NCBI GenBank assembly: GCA_963608365.1
Contig: CAVDFM010000003.1
Span: 1 to 35,330 of the forward strand
Source of the DNA: a bacterium
Lineage (GTDB): Bacteria; Bacillota; Clostridia; Christensenellales; CAG-138
Reading direction: 5' to 3'
Length of the DNA: 35,330 bases
Both the position numbers and the translations under genes were made by a program. The notes beneath the pieces were generated by a model that ran no database searches, was not told the origin of the DNA, and saw only the letters and a program-made list of their open reading frames with translations. This document shows, piece by piece, positions 6,778 to 14,632 of this stretch. How positions within the stretch are numbered: position 1 is the stretch's first letter; every line of letters begins with the position of its first letter.

Positions 6778-8100
6778 ATGTTGTCCGCTTTGTCCGTTTG
6801 GCAGAATTCCTTAGACGAGATCAAAAGATCCATGACCCCGCTCAGCTACAATACATGGGTAGCCACAATGACGCCCATATGCATAAAGGATAACACCCTT
6901 GTGCTGCAGGTGAAGGATCCTTCAACCAAGAACACGCTTAAAAGCATATATACCCAAACGCTTACGGACTGCATAAACCGCGCCAATTCCGGCACTTATC
7001 TTGTCCGCTTTATAGACGAATCCGAGCTTCCGCTCTATAATGCCTACCGCGAGGATAAGCCCGTTGCCGGCAGCGACTATTACCTTAACCCCAAGTATAC
7101 GTTCGAAAGCTTCGTTGTTGGCAACAGCAACATTTTTGCCCATGCCGCGGCGCAGGCCGTTGCGGAAGAACCGGGCAAGGCATATAACCCGCTTTTCATA
7201 TACGGCGGAGTGGGTCTTGGCAAAACGCACCTTATGCACGCCATAGGCCACAGGATACTGCAAAACAATCCTTCCGCGCGCATAGTATATATCACCACGG
7301 AAACATTTACCAACGACCTTATTCAGTCCATTCAGGAAAACAGCCGCGTGCAGTTCCGCAACAAGTACCGCACGGCGGACGTGCTTATAATAGACGATAT
7401 ACAGTTCCTCGTTGCCAAGGACAGAACGCAGGAGGAATTCTTCAATACGTTCAACGCGCTGCATACATACGGCAAGCAGATAATCATAAGCTCCGATAAA
7501 GCGCCCAAAGACCTCATAAACCTTGAGGACAGGCTCGTTTCCCGCTTTGAAGGCGGCCTGGTTGCGGACATTCAGCCGCCCGATCTTGAAACAAGGGTAG
7601 CTATACTCAAGCGCAAGGCGCAGAGCGAGCAGATAGACGTGAGCGAGGACGTGCTCACATTCATTGCCGAAAAGGTAAATTCAAACATTCGCCAGCTTGA
7701 AGGCTCCCTCATCCGCGTTATAGCCTTCGCAAGGCTTACAAAAAAGCCCATAGACCTTGCCCTTACGGCAACGGCGCTCAAGGACATAGTTGCAGGATAC
7801 GACAATACGCCCGTTACAATACCGCTCGTGCAGCAGGTTGTGAGCGATTATTATGATATCGATACGGATGCCCTGCTTTCGCAGCGCCGCTCCATGGACG
7901 TTACATACCCGCGGCAGATGGCGATGTACCTTTGCAAGGAGCTTACCAATAAGCCGCTCAAGGCCATAGGCGCAAGCTTCGGCGGAAGGGACCATTCAAC
8001 CGTTATAAACGCCTGCAAGCGCATAGAAACGGACATAAAGAACGACCCGCAGGTCGCAGACCTTGTGGAGGACCTTACCAAGCGGATAAAGAAGCAGTAA
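6778..8100 (+). CDS. dnaA: Chromosomal replication initiator protein DnaA.
   Basis: Walker A GGVGLGKTHL, Walker B LIIDDIQF, and a C-terminal DNA-binding signature (..GGRDHSTVINACKRI..). I prefer the ATG at 6778 (GGGAGG at 6761-6766) over the track start at 6670. Confidence 0.95.
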   Translation: MLSALSVWQNSLDEIKRSMTPLSYNTWVATMTPICIKDNTLVLQVKDPSTKNTLKSIYTQTLTDCINRANSGTYLVRFIDESELPLYNAYREDKPVAGSDYYLNPKYTFESFVVGNSNIFAHAAAQAVAEEPGKAYNPLFIYGGVGLGKTHLMHAIGHRILQNNPSARIVYITTETFTNDLIQSIQENSRVQFRNKYRTADVLIIDDIQFLVAKDRTQEEFFNTFNALHTYGKQIIISSDKAPKDLINLEDRLVSRFEGGLVADIQPPDLETRVAILKRKAQSEQIDVSEDVLTFIAEKVNSNIRQLEGSLIRVIAFARLTKKPIDLALTATALKDIVAGYDNTPVTIPLVQQVVSDYYDIDTDALLSQRRSMDVTYPRQMAMYLCKELTNKPLKAIGASFGGRDHSTVINACKRIETDIKNDPQVADLVEDLTKRIKKQ

Positions 8101-8385
8101 TATATCAACAGAGTTATCCACACAGTGTGGATAACTTATGTGGATTACACAATGCATGATTGTTGAAAACGTGGAAAATGTAAACAACGTGGACAAGTAC
8201 ATATTCCTTACCACACTTATCCACACGAGTTCTAACATCACTTTTTCAGCATTTTGGGACAAAACCAAACTTGTCCACACAACTTACAACGCTACTGCTA
8301 CGGCTGCTGTTAATATATATAGACACGCCGGCGCGAGTGTGTGGATAAGAGCTACCGTTGTTAATAAAAGAGGAGGTTCAGATAT
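8101..8385. other. oriC: oriC (dnaA-dnaN intergenic origin): a DnaA-box cluster, a DnaA-trio-like tract and an AT-rich stretch.
   Basis: Perfect TTATCCACA boxes at 8114-8122 (+), 8126-8134 (-), 8217-8225 (+) and 8340-8348 (-). One-mismatch boxes at 8139-8147 (-) and 8271-8279 (+), and weaker ones at 8170-8178 and 8188-8196. A period-3 tract CTACTGCTACGGCTGCTGTTAATA lies at about 8291-8316, followed by TATATATAG. Confidence 0.82.
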
Positions 8386-9498
8386 ATGCGCATAATAGTG
8401 GATACAAACGCGCTGAACGCGGCGCTTTCAACCGTAACAAAGGCCCTGCCGGTAAGGAGCACCATATCGGTACTTGAAGGAGTATATATGAAGGCGGAGC
8501 AGAGAAGGCTGCTGCTTCGCTGCACGGATCTTAATATTCAGATAGAAGCCAGCATAGACGCCCTAATTGAAAAGGAAGGCGCAACGGTGCTGCCTGGCAG
8601 GCTGTTTTCCGAAATGGCCAAAAGGCTGCCGGGCGAAAGCGTATCAATAGACGTAAATAAGAAGAACACCGCGGAAATAATCAGCGGCACATACCGCACC
8701 ACGCTCCAATGCGAGGATGCGGGCGACTACCACGCCATGAACGAAGTGGAAAGCGACACTTCGATTAAAATAGAACCCAACGATTTCAAGAGTATGGTCC
8801 GCGGCTGCATATTCGCCGCCGCTCAGGACGACACAAAGCCCATACTGACAGGCGCGCTGATGGAGCTTGGTTCAGACTCCCTCCGCCTTATAGCGCTGGA
8901 CGGGTACCGTCTTGCGCTGCGCACCGCGCCCATAGTGAACAACGGCGCGGAGGAAAAGGAAATAGTCGTTCCCGCGCGTTCGCTCATAGAAGTCGCGCGT
9001 ATACTGCCGGACGACGGCGAGAAGGCGACCATAACCTTCAGCCGCACCCACCTGAGCGCCACCGGCGGCGACGTGAAGATTATAGCCCGCCTTATGGAAG
9101 GCGACTTCATAAAATATAAGCAGATATTGCCCACCGAGCACATGACCCGCGTGCGCGTGAACCGCAAGGAGCTGCTCGACGGCATAGAGCGCGTTGCGCT
9201 GATGGCGCGCGAAAGCAAGAGCAACCTTATCAAGTTCTCAATTTCCCGGGAAATGATAGAGATATCCGCCAACAGCGAGATAGGTCGCAGCAACGAGGAG
9301 ATCCCCTGCGCCGCCATGGGCGAGGATATAGAGATCGCCTTCAACAACAAATATCTTACCGACGTTTTCAAGGTGCTTGAGGACGAGGAGATTTACATGG
9401 ACTTCAACAGCAACGTAAGCCCCTGCGTGGTGAAGCCCATAAACGGCGACGAATATTATTACCTGATACTGCCCGTAAGGCTGTTCACGGGAGCGTAA
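8386..9498 (+). CDS. dnaN: DNA polymerase III beta sliding clamp.
   Basis: 370 aa directly after dnaA/oriC, with a strong RBS (agaggaggttcagatatATG) and typical clamp length and N-terminus (MRIIVDTNALNAALSTV..). Confidence 0.95.
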   Translation: MRIIVDTNALNAALSTVTKALPVRSTISVLEGVYMKAEQRRLLLRCTDLNIQIEASIDALIEKEGATVLPGRLFSEMAKRLPGESVSIDVNKKNTAEIISGTYRTTLQCEDAGDYHAMNEVESDTSIKIEPNDFKSMVRGCIFAAAQDDTKPILTGALMELGSDSLRLIALDGYRLALRTAPIVNNGAEEKEIVVPARSLIEVARILPDDGEKATITFSRTHLSATGGDVKIIARLMEGDFIKYKQILPTEHMTRVRVNRKELLDGIERVALMARESKSNLIKFSISREMIEISANSEIGRSNEEIPCAAMGEDIEIAFNNKYLTDVFKVLEDEEIYMDFNSNVSPCVVKPINGDEYYYLILPVRLFTGA

Positions 9499-9515
9499 GC
9501 GGGCTGACAAGAGCG

Positions 9516-9607
9516 GTGAAATCCGTTCTTGCGAACGGGTGAAATATTGCTATCGCAATGTGAAATATGGCTCCGCCATGTGAAATCCGCCTTGCAGCGG
9601 GTGAGCG
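9516..9607 (+). repeat. Tandem array of four GTGAAAT+hairpin units closed by GTGAGCG (copy 2).
   Basis: GTGAAAT at 9516, 9539, 9560 and 9580, and GTGAGCG at 9601. The hairpins are ccgttc-ttgc-gaacgg, attgc-tatc-gcaat, atggc-tcc-gccat and ccgc-cttgca-gcgg. Units 2 and 3 nearly match copy 1. Units 1 and 4 differ in sequence but keep their pairing. Confidence 0.85.
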
Positions 9608-9626
9608 GGGGAGATTGTGAAGTTGT

Positions 9627-9654
9627 GGGGACGGGAAGCCGTCCCCTTATTTTT
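9627..9654 (+). terminator. Intrinsic terminator of dnaN.
   Basis: ggggacgg-gaag-ccgtcccc followed by ttattttt. Confidence 0.75.
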
Positions 9655-10195
9655 GCCCAAAGTTTATAGGAAGCGTTGTAGGGGCCGTCATTGGCAGCCC
9701 GTTGAGATTATGTAAGAGTTTGTAAAGCGCACCAAAAGGCTCCCCGGCCGGGGAGCTGGCAAACCGAAGGTTTGACTGAGGGGTTGAAGTAAAAAAGTGA
9801 AGCTACGGTGCAAACCCTCCGTCTGCTCGCTTCGCTCGCATCCACCTCCCCGTGCGGGGAGGCCTAATGTTAGAGTTTGGACAGCAGCCGTGACTGATGG
9901 AGTATTAGCCTGAATAGTTGAGAAAACCGCTTGACACTTAACTGATATTTGTGGCATATTATCTATAGAAGCATGGCTCTGTTGACCGTCTTGGACGTAC
10001 GTCTCGGGAACATCATTTGATGCCTTATAGGGATATTCGGAGGTGCTTCTTTTTCAACCCCTCCGTCTGCTCGTTGCACTCGCATCCACCTCCCTCGACA
10101 GGGAGGCTTAATATAAAAGTTTGTAATGTATTCCAAAAGGCTCCCTCTTAGAGGGAGCTGGAAATTCGCTGCAAGCGAATTTTCTGAGGGAGTAA
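9655..10195. repeat. Mosaic hairpin-repeat cluster R2, with a ~175-nt unique insert.
   Basis: Core A at 9732-9786 and 10133-10192; core B at 9811-9867 and 10055-10111. The unique segment at 9868-10054 replaces the core A half of one unit. Confidence 0.85.
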
Positions 10196-10221
10196 CCCAA
10201 AAGGGACGCAATGCGTCCCTT
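10196..10221 (-). terminator. Intrinsic terminator of glgA.
   Basis: On the reverse strand, aagggacgc-att-gcgtccctt is followed by TTGGG (with the paired TT this reads TTTTGGG). It lies 24 nt beyond the glgA stop. Confidence 0.7.
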
Positions 10222-10244
10222 CATCCGTTTTTCATTCTTCATTT

Positions 10245-11678
10245 TTAATTTTTCATTATCTCAAGGTACTCCCCTGCCGCCTTTTTCCAGGAGAAGTCCT
10301 TTGCCATGCCGCGGCTTACAAGGCCGTTCCACAGGGGCTTGTTCTGATAATCCTGCGCGGCGGTCTCGGCGGCGTAGAGCAGCTCGTGCGCATTGTAATT
10401 GGCAAAGGAGTAGCCGCAGCCGGTGTTGTCGTAGCGGTTGAAGGGAGTAACGGTGTCCTTCAGGCCGCCGGTTTCGCGCACTATGGGAACGGTGCCGTAG
10501 CGCATGGCTATCATCTGCGTCAGGCCGCAGGGCTCAAACAGGCTCGGCACAAGGAACATGTCCGCGCCGGCGTATATGCGGCGGGCAAGCGCTTCGTTGT
10601 ATTCTATGCGGGCGGCAAGTTTGCTTGGGTACATCTTCTGAGCGTATCTGAAAAGGTTTTCGTAGCGGCTTTCCCCCGTCCCCAACACAACGAGCTGAAT
10701 GGGGATATTTATCATTTCCTTCAGTACGCGCTCAACAAGGTCAAGCCCCTTCTGCCCCGTAAGGCGGGAAACTATCGTCGCAACGGGAATAGTTGGGTTA
10801 ACGTCAAGGTCAAGCTCGTTCTGAAGCGCGGCCTTGCATTCGGCCTTGCCGCTCATATTTTCCGGGCAATAATTGCGGCGCAGCGCTTCATCCGTAAACG
10901 GATCGTATGAAACGGTGTCTATGCCGTTAAGTATGCCAACAACGTCCCCCGCGCGCTCCGCAAGCACGCCCTCGAGCGATTCGCCGTAGAACTTGGTCAT
11001 TATCTCCTTTGCGTATGTGGGAGAAACGGTGGTCACCTTGTCCGCGTATACTATGCCGCCTTTAAGATAGTTCACGTTGCCGTAGAACTCCAGCTTGTGC
11101 ATATCGAACGCCGCCTCACCGAGGGAGAGCAGCTCATCGCAGAAGCCGCGGTCGAACACTCCCTGAAACCGCAGGTTGTGTATCGTAAGTATTGTTTTTA
11201 TGCGGGAGAAATACGGCATCTTGGCATAGTGTAGCTTCATAAGCGCGGCGGCCATTGCCGTTTGCCAGTCGTTCAGGTGCAGCGCATCGGGCATGAAGCC
11301 TATGTGCGGCAGCATCTCTATTATGGCCTTGGAGAAGAAGCCGAAGCGCTCCGCCTCGTCGCAATTGAATACGCCGTAAATATAATCCCGCCCGAAATAG
11401 TATTCGTTATCTATAAAGTAATATGTTACGCCGCGCTGAACAAGGCTTTCCACCCCGCAGTATTGATTGCGCCAGCCAAGCTTGATGTTAAAATCGCACT
11501 CGTGGCGCATATGCATGCCGTAGCGCGCCTTTACTTTGGCATAAAGCGGCAGCACAACCCTTATGTCCGCGCCCATTTCTTTAAGCTGAACGGGCAGCGC
11601 GGCGGCAACGTCCGCAAGGCCGCCTGTCTTTACGAAGGGAGCGCATTCGCTGGCGGCAAAAAGGATCTTTTTGCTCAT
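10245..11678 (-). CDS. glgA: Glycogen synthase (ADP-glucose type, GT5).
   Basis: 477 aa, with the N-terminal signature MSKKILFAASECAPFVKTGGLADV. Confidence 0.93.
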   Translation of the reverse strand: MSKKILFAASECAPFVKTGGLADVAAALPVQLKEMGADIRVVLPLYAKVKARYGMHMRHECDFNIKLGWRNQYCGVESLVQRGVTYYFIDNEYYFGRDYIYGVFNCDEAERFGFFSKAIIEMLPHIGFMPDALHLNDWQTAMAAALMKLHYAKMPYFSRIKTILTIHNLRFQGVFDRGFCDELLSLGEAAFDMHKLEFYGNVNYLKGGIVYADKVTTVSPTYAKEIMTKFYGESLEGVLAERAGDVVGILNGIDTVSYDPFTDEALRRNYCPENMSGKAECKAALQNELDLDVNPTIPVATIVSRLTGQKGLDLVERVLKEMINIPIQLVVLGTGESRYENLFRYAQKMYPSKLAARIEYNEALARRIYAGADMFLVPSLFEPCGLTQMIAMRYGTVPIVRETGGLKDTVTPFNRYDNTGCGYSFANYNAHELLYAAETAAQDYQNKPLWNGLVSRGMAKDFSWKKAAGEYLEIMKN

Positions 11679-12799
11679 ACCAGCGCCCCTTTTCTTATCG
11701 TCACGGGGAAGCCTTCGTATCCGGCAAGGTGCCTGCCCGGACGCACCTGCACGCCCTTATCGAGTATAACGTAATCCAGCGCACAGTTTTCGCGTATTTC
11801 GCTGGCCTGCATCACTATGCAGTTTTTAAGCTTCGTCCCCTGCCCAACGTGTACCCCGCGGAACAGTATGCAGTTTTCTACGCTGCCTTCAACTATGCAG
11901 CCGTCCGCAAGCAGGCTGTTTTTCACCTTTGCGTCTGCGCCGTAGCGGGTGGGGGCTTCGTCCTTCACCTTTGTGTAAATGGGATGCTCCGCATTGAAAA
12001 GGTCCGCGCGCACGGCCTCGTTGAAAAGGTCCATGTTGTGCTTAAAATAACTCGGCACGGAATCAAGCCGCGCAACGTAGCCATCGTAACGGTAGCCGTT
12101 GAGTTTAAGCTTTGCAACGTTCCTCACCAGCACGTCCCGCACAAAGTCCGTATAGGCATGGCTTGCCGCGTCCTCGATAAGGTATTCCAGCATGCTCTTT
12201 TCCATTATGTATGCATCGCAGCAGCGGTATGGCGTTTTGGGCCTGTACGGGTCTATTTCAAGATCGACTATTCTGTTCCCTTCGCCAAGGGTAAGCCTTA
12301 GATCATCGTAACGCACGGCGTCGCCCCAGTCCTTTTCTTCGCTGTACATAAGGGTAACGTCCGCGCCGCTTTCAATGTGGCTCTTGAGCATTGCGTCATA
12401 GGTGCAGTTATATATCGTGTGGCTGCCGGTAAGTATAACGTAGCGCTGGGCGCTGCGGCGCACGTAGCCCATTACGGAGCGTATTGCGTCGATAGTGCCG
12501 CGGTAAAGGCCGGTATTGTCCCGCGTTAAAAACGGCGGCAGTATGAAAAGCCCGTCGCGCTTCCTGTGAAGATCCCATTCCTTGCCGCTGCCAAGGTGAT
12601 CCATAAGCGAATGGTAGTTCCTTTGCGCAATAACGCCAACGTTGGTAACGCCCGTGTTCACAAGGTTGCTCAGAATAAAGTCTATGCAGCGGTATCTTCC
12701 GCCAAAGGGCACCGCGGCGATGGAGCGGCTGTATGTAATGTCCCTGAGCTGGTTGTTTGATTCGCCCGTGTAAATAAGTCCGAATGCTTTTTCGTTCAT
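11675..12799 (-). CDS. glgD: Glucose-1-phosphate adenylyltransferase, GlgD (regulatory) subunit.
   Basis: A GlgC paralogue (..AAVPFGGRYRCIDFILSNLVNTG..) that lacks the GGxGxRL loop. I prefer the ATG at 12799 (GGAGG 6 nt upstream). It follows glgC and overlaps the glgA start by 4 nt. Confidence 0.88.
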   Translation of the reverse strand: MNEKAFGLIYTGESNNQLRDITYSRSIAAVPFGGRYRCIDFILSNLVNTGVTNVGVIAQRNYHSLMDHLGSGKEWDLHRKRDGLFILPPFLTRDNTGLYRGTIDAIRSVMGYVRRSAQRYVILTGSHTIYNCTYDAMLKSHIESGADVTLMYSEEKDWGDAVRYDDLRLTLGEGNRIVDLEIDPYRPKTPYRCCDAYIMEKSMLEYLIEDAASHAYTDFVRDVLVRNVAKLKLNGYRYDGYVARLDSVPSYFKHNMDLFNEAVRADLFNAEHPIYTKVKDEAPTRYGADAKVKNSLLADGCIVEGSVENCILFRGVHVGQGTKLKNCIVMQASEIRENCALDYVILDKGVQVRPGRHLAGYEGFPVTIRKGALV

Positions 12800-12810
12800 G
12801 CCGCGCCTCC

Positions 12811-14019
12811 TTATTTGCTCACTACCATGCCCGCGGGTATCATGGCGCATTCGCCTATGTGCGCCCCGCTTGCAACAAGGGTTATGTCGCCGGTGAGCGT
12901 AGTGTCGTATGTGTTCGTGCCGTCCGGCTCAATGCCTATCTGCGCGCCCGCTGCGACGCATGCGTTTTCGCCGAGGATCGCTTTTCTTATCACCGCGCCC
13001 TCGCCTATGCGCGCGCCGGGCATAACAACGCTGTTTTCTATAACGGCGTTTTTGCCCACCTTTACGCCCGTGAAAAGCACGCTCCTGTTAACGCAGCCGT
13101 ATATTTCGCACCCTTCGCTCACTATGCTGTTTTCGGCGTGCGCATCCGCGCCTATGTAATGCGCGGGCATTATGGGGCTGCGGCTGTATATGCGCCATTC
13201 GCTGTCGTTAAGGTCAAGCGCTGAAGGATTGTCTATCAAATCCATGTTCGCTTCCCAAAGGCTCTTTACCGTGCCTACGTCCTTCCAATACCCGTTGAAG
13301 CCGTATGCCGCAAGGCGCTTGCCGTCGGCCAAAAGCTTGGGTATTATATCCTTGCCGAAGTCGTGGCTGGAAGAATCGTTCTTTTCGTCCTCGGTAAGGT
13401 ATTTTTCAAGCACGTCAAAGCTGAATATGTATATGCCCATTGATGCGTTGTTGCTCACGGGGTTTTTGGGCTTTTCCCAGAAGGCTGTTATCATGCCCTC
13501 CTCATTCGTTTCCATTATGCCGAAGCGGTGCGCTTCTTCCATGGGAACCTGCAAAACGGCTATGGTGGCATCCGCCTGCTTTTCAATATGGCAGCGGAGC
13601 ATTGCGGCGTAGTTCATTTTGTATATATGGTCACCGCTCAAAATGAGCACATATTTGGGCGAATACTGCCTGAGAAACGCAAGGTTTTGATATATTGCGT
13701 TCGCCGTGCCCGAATACCATTTGCCAAGGCTGCCGCTTACATACGGCGGCAGCACATATACGCCGCCGCTGTTGCGGTCAAGGTCCCACGCCGAGCCGTT
13801 GCCCAGATACGCGTTCAGCTCCAGCGGGGAATACTGCGTAAGCACGCCCACGGTATCAATGTCCGAATTTACGCAGTTTGAAAGCGGAAAGTCAATTATC
13901 CTGTACTTCCCGCCGAAAGGAACGGCGGGTTTCGCCGTGCGGTCCGTCAGCACGCCCAGGCGCGTGCCCTGCCCGCCGGCAAGCAGCATTGCAACCATCT
14001 TTTTTGTTACCATAGGCAT
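12811..14019 (-). CDS. glgC: Glucose-1-phosphate adenylyltransferase.
   Basis: 402 aa, with [10 protein letters not shown] and ..[19 protein letters not shown].. and a C-terminal left-handed beta-helix region. The RBS is aaaggagaacaATG. Confidence 0.93.
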   Translation of the reverse strand: MPMVTKKMVAMLLAGGQGTRLGVLTDRTAKPAVPFGGKYRIIDFPLSNCVNSDIDTVGVLTQYSPLELNAYLGNGSAWDLDRNSGGVYVLPPYVSGSLGKWYSGTANAIYQNLAFLRQYSPKYVLILSGDHIYKMNYAAMLRCHIEKQADATIAVLQVPMEEAHRFGIMETNEEGMITAFWEKPKNPVSNNASMGIYIFSFDVLEKYLTEDEKNDSSSHDFGKDIIPKLLADGKRLAAYGFNGYWKDVGTVKSLWEANMDLIDNPSALDLNDSEWRIYSRSPIMPAHYIGADAHAENSIVSEGCEIYGCVNRSVLFTGVKVGKNAVIENSVVMPGARIGEGAVIRKAILGENACVAAGAQIGIEPDGTNTYDTTLTGDITLVASGAHIGECAMIPAGMVVSK

Positions 14020-14039
14020 TTGTTCTCCTTTTGTAGTAG

Positions 14040-14632
14040 TGATCTATTTTTGCCAAGGGGCCAGGGGAGATTTCGATTTCTCCCCTTAGGCCCCCTGGCG
14101 ACCCCCGTAACCCCTTTGAAACGATCGCTCCGCGAGGGGTACGGCACTGTACGCCGTGTTTGCACTGCGCCCAAAAGGCTCCCCGCACGGGGAGCTGGCA
14201 ATACGCCGTAAGGCGGATTGACTGAGGGGTTGACGTAAACAAGAGCAGCCCCGATGCAACCCCTCCGGCTTTCGCTTGCGCGAAACCCACCTCCCCGTTC
14301 GGGGAGGCTTAACGTAAGAGTTTATACTGTACCAAAAGGCGCCACCGCTTGCGGGGGAGCTGTCGAGCCGTAGGCGAGACTGAGGGGGAATAGTAAAATA
14401 GCTTGGCAACTCCGAGCCGTTCCCCTTTCGGCCACTCACTCCGTTCGTGTCCACTTTCCCCGCAAGCGGGGACAGCTTTTGGTTGGAATTATCGCCAGCC
14501 TGCCCTGAAAGGGGATGTGGCGAACGAAGTGAGCCGGAGGGGTTATAAACCGGCTCGCTGCTCTCCGTTTATCTCAACCCCTCAGTCGGCTTACGCCGAC
14601 AGCTCCCCGTTCGGGGAGCCTTTTTGATAGTC
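14040..14632. repeat. Mosaic hairpin-repeat cluster R3, filling the glgB-glgC spacer.
   Basis: Core A at 14171-14232, 14332-14389 and 14575-14626 (inverted). Core B at 14257-14312 and 14496-14544 (inverted). There is also a nested hairpin at 14054-14098. Confidence 0.85.

Noticed and set aside
9973-10020. 15-codon ORF (MALLTVLDVRLGNII) in the unique insert of cluster R2, as a leader peptide.
   Set aside because: It has no Shine-Dalgarno sequence, no downstream gene to regulate on that strand and no tell-tale codon run.
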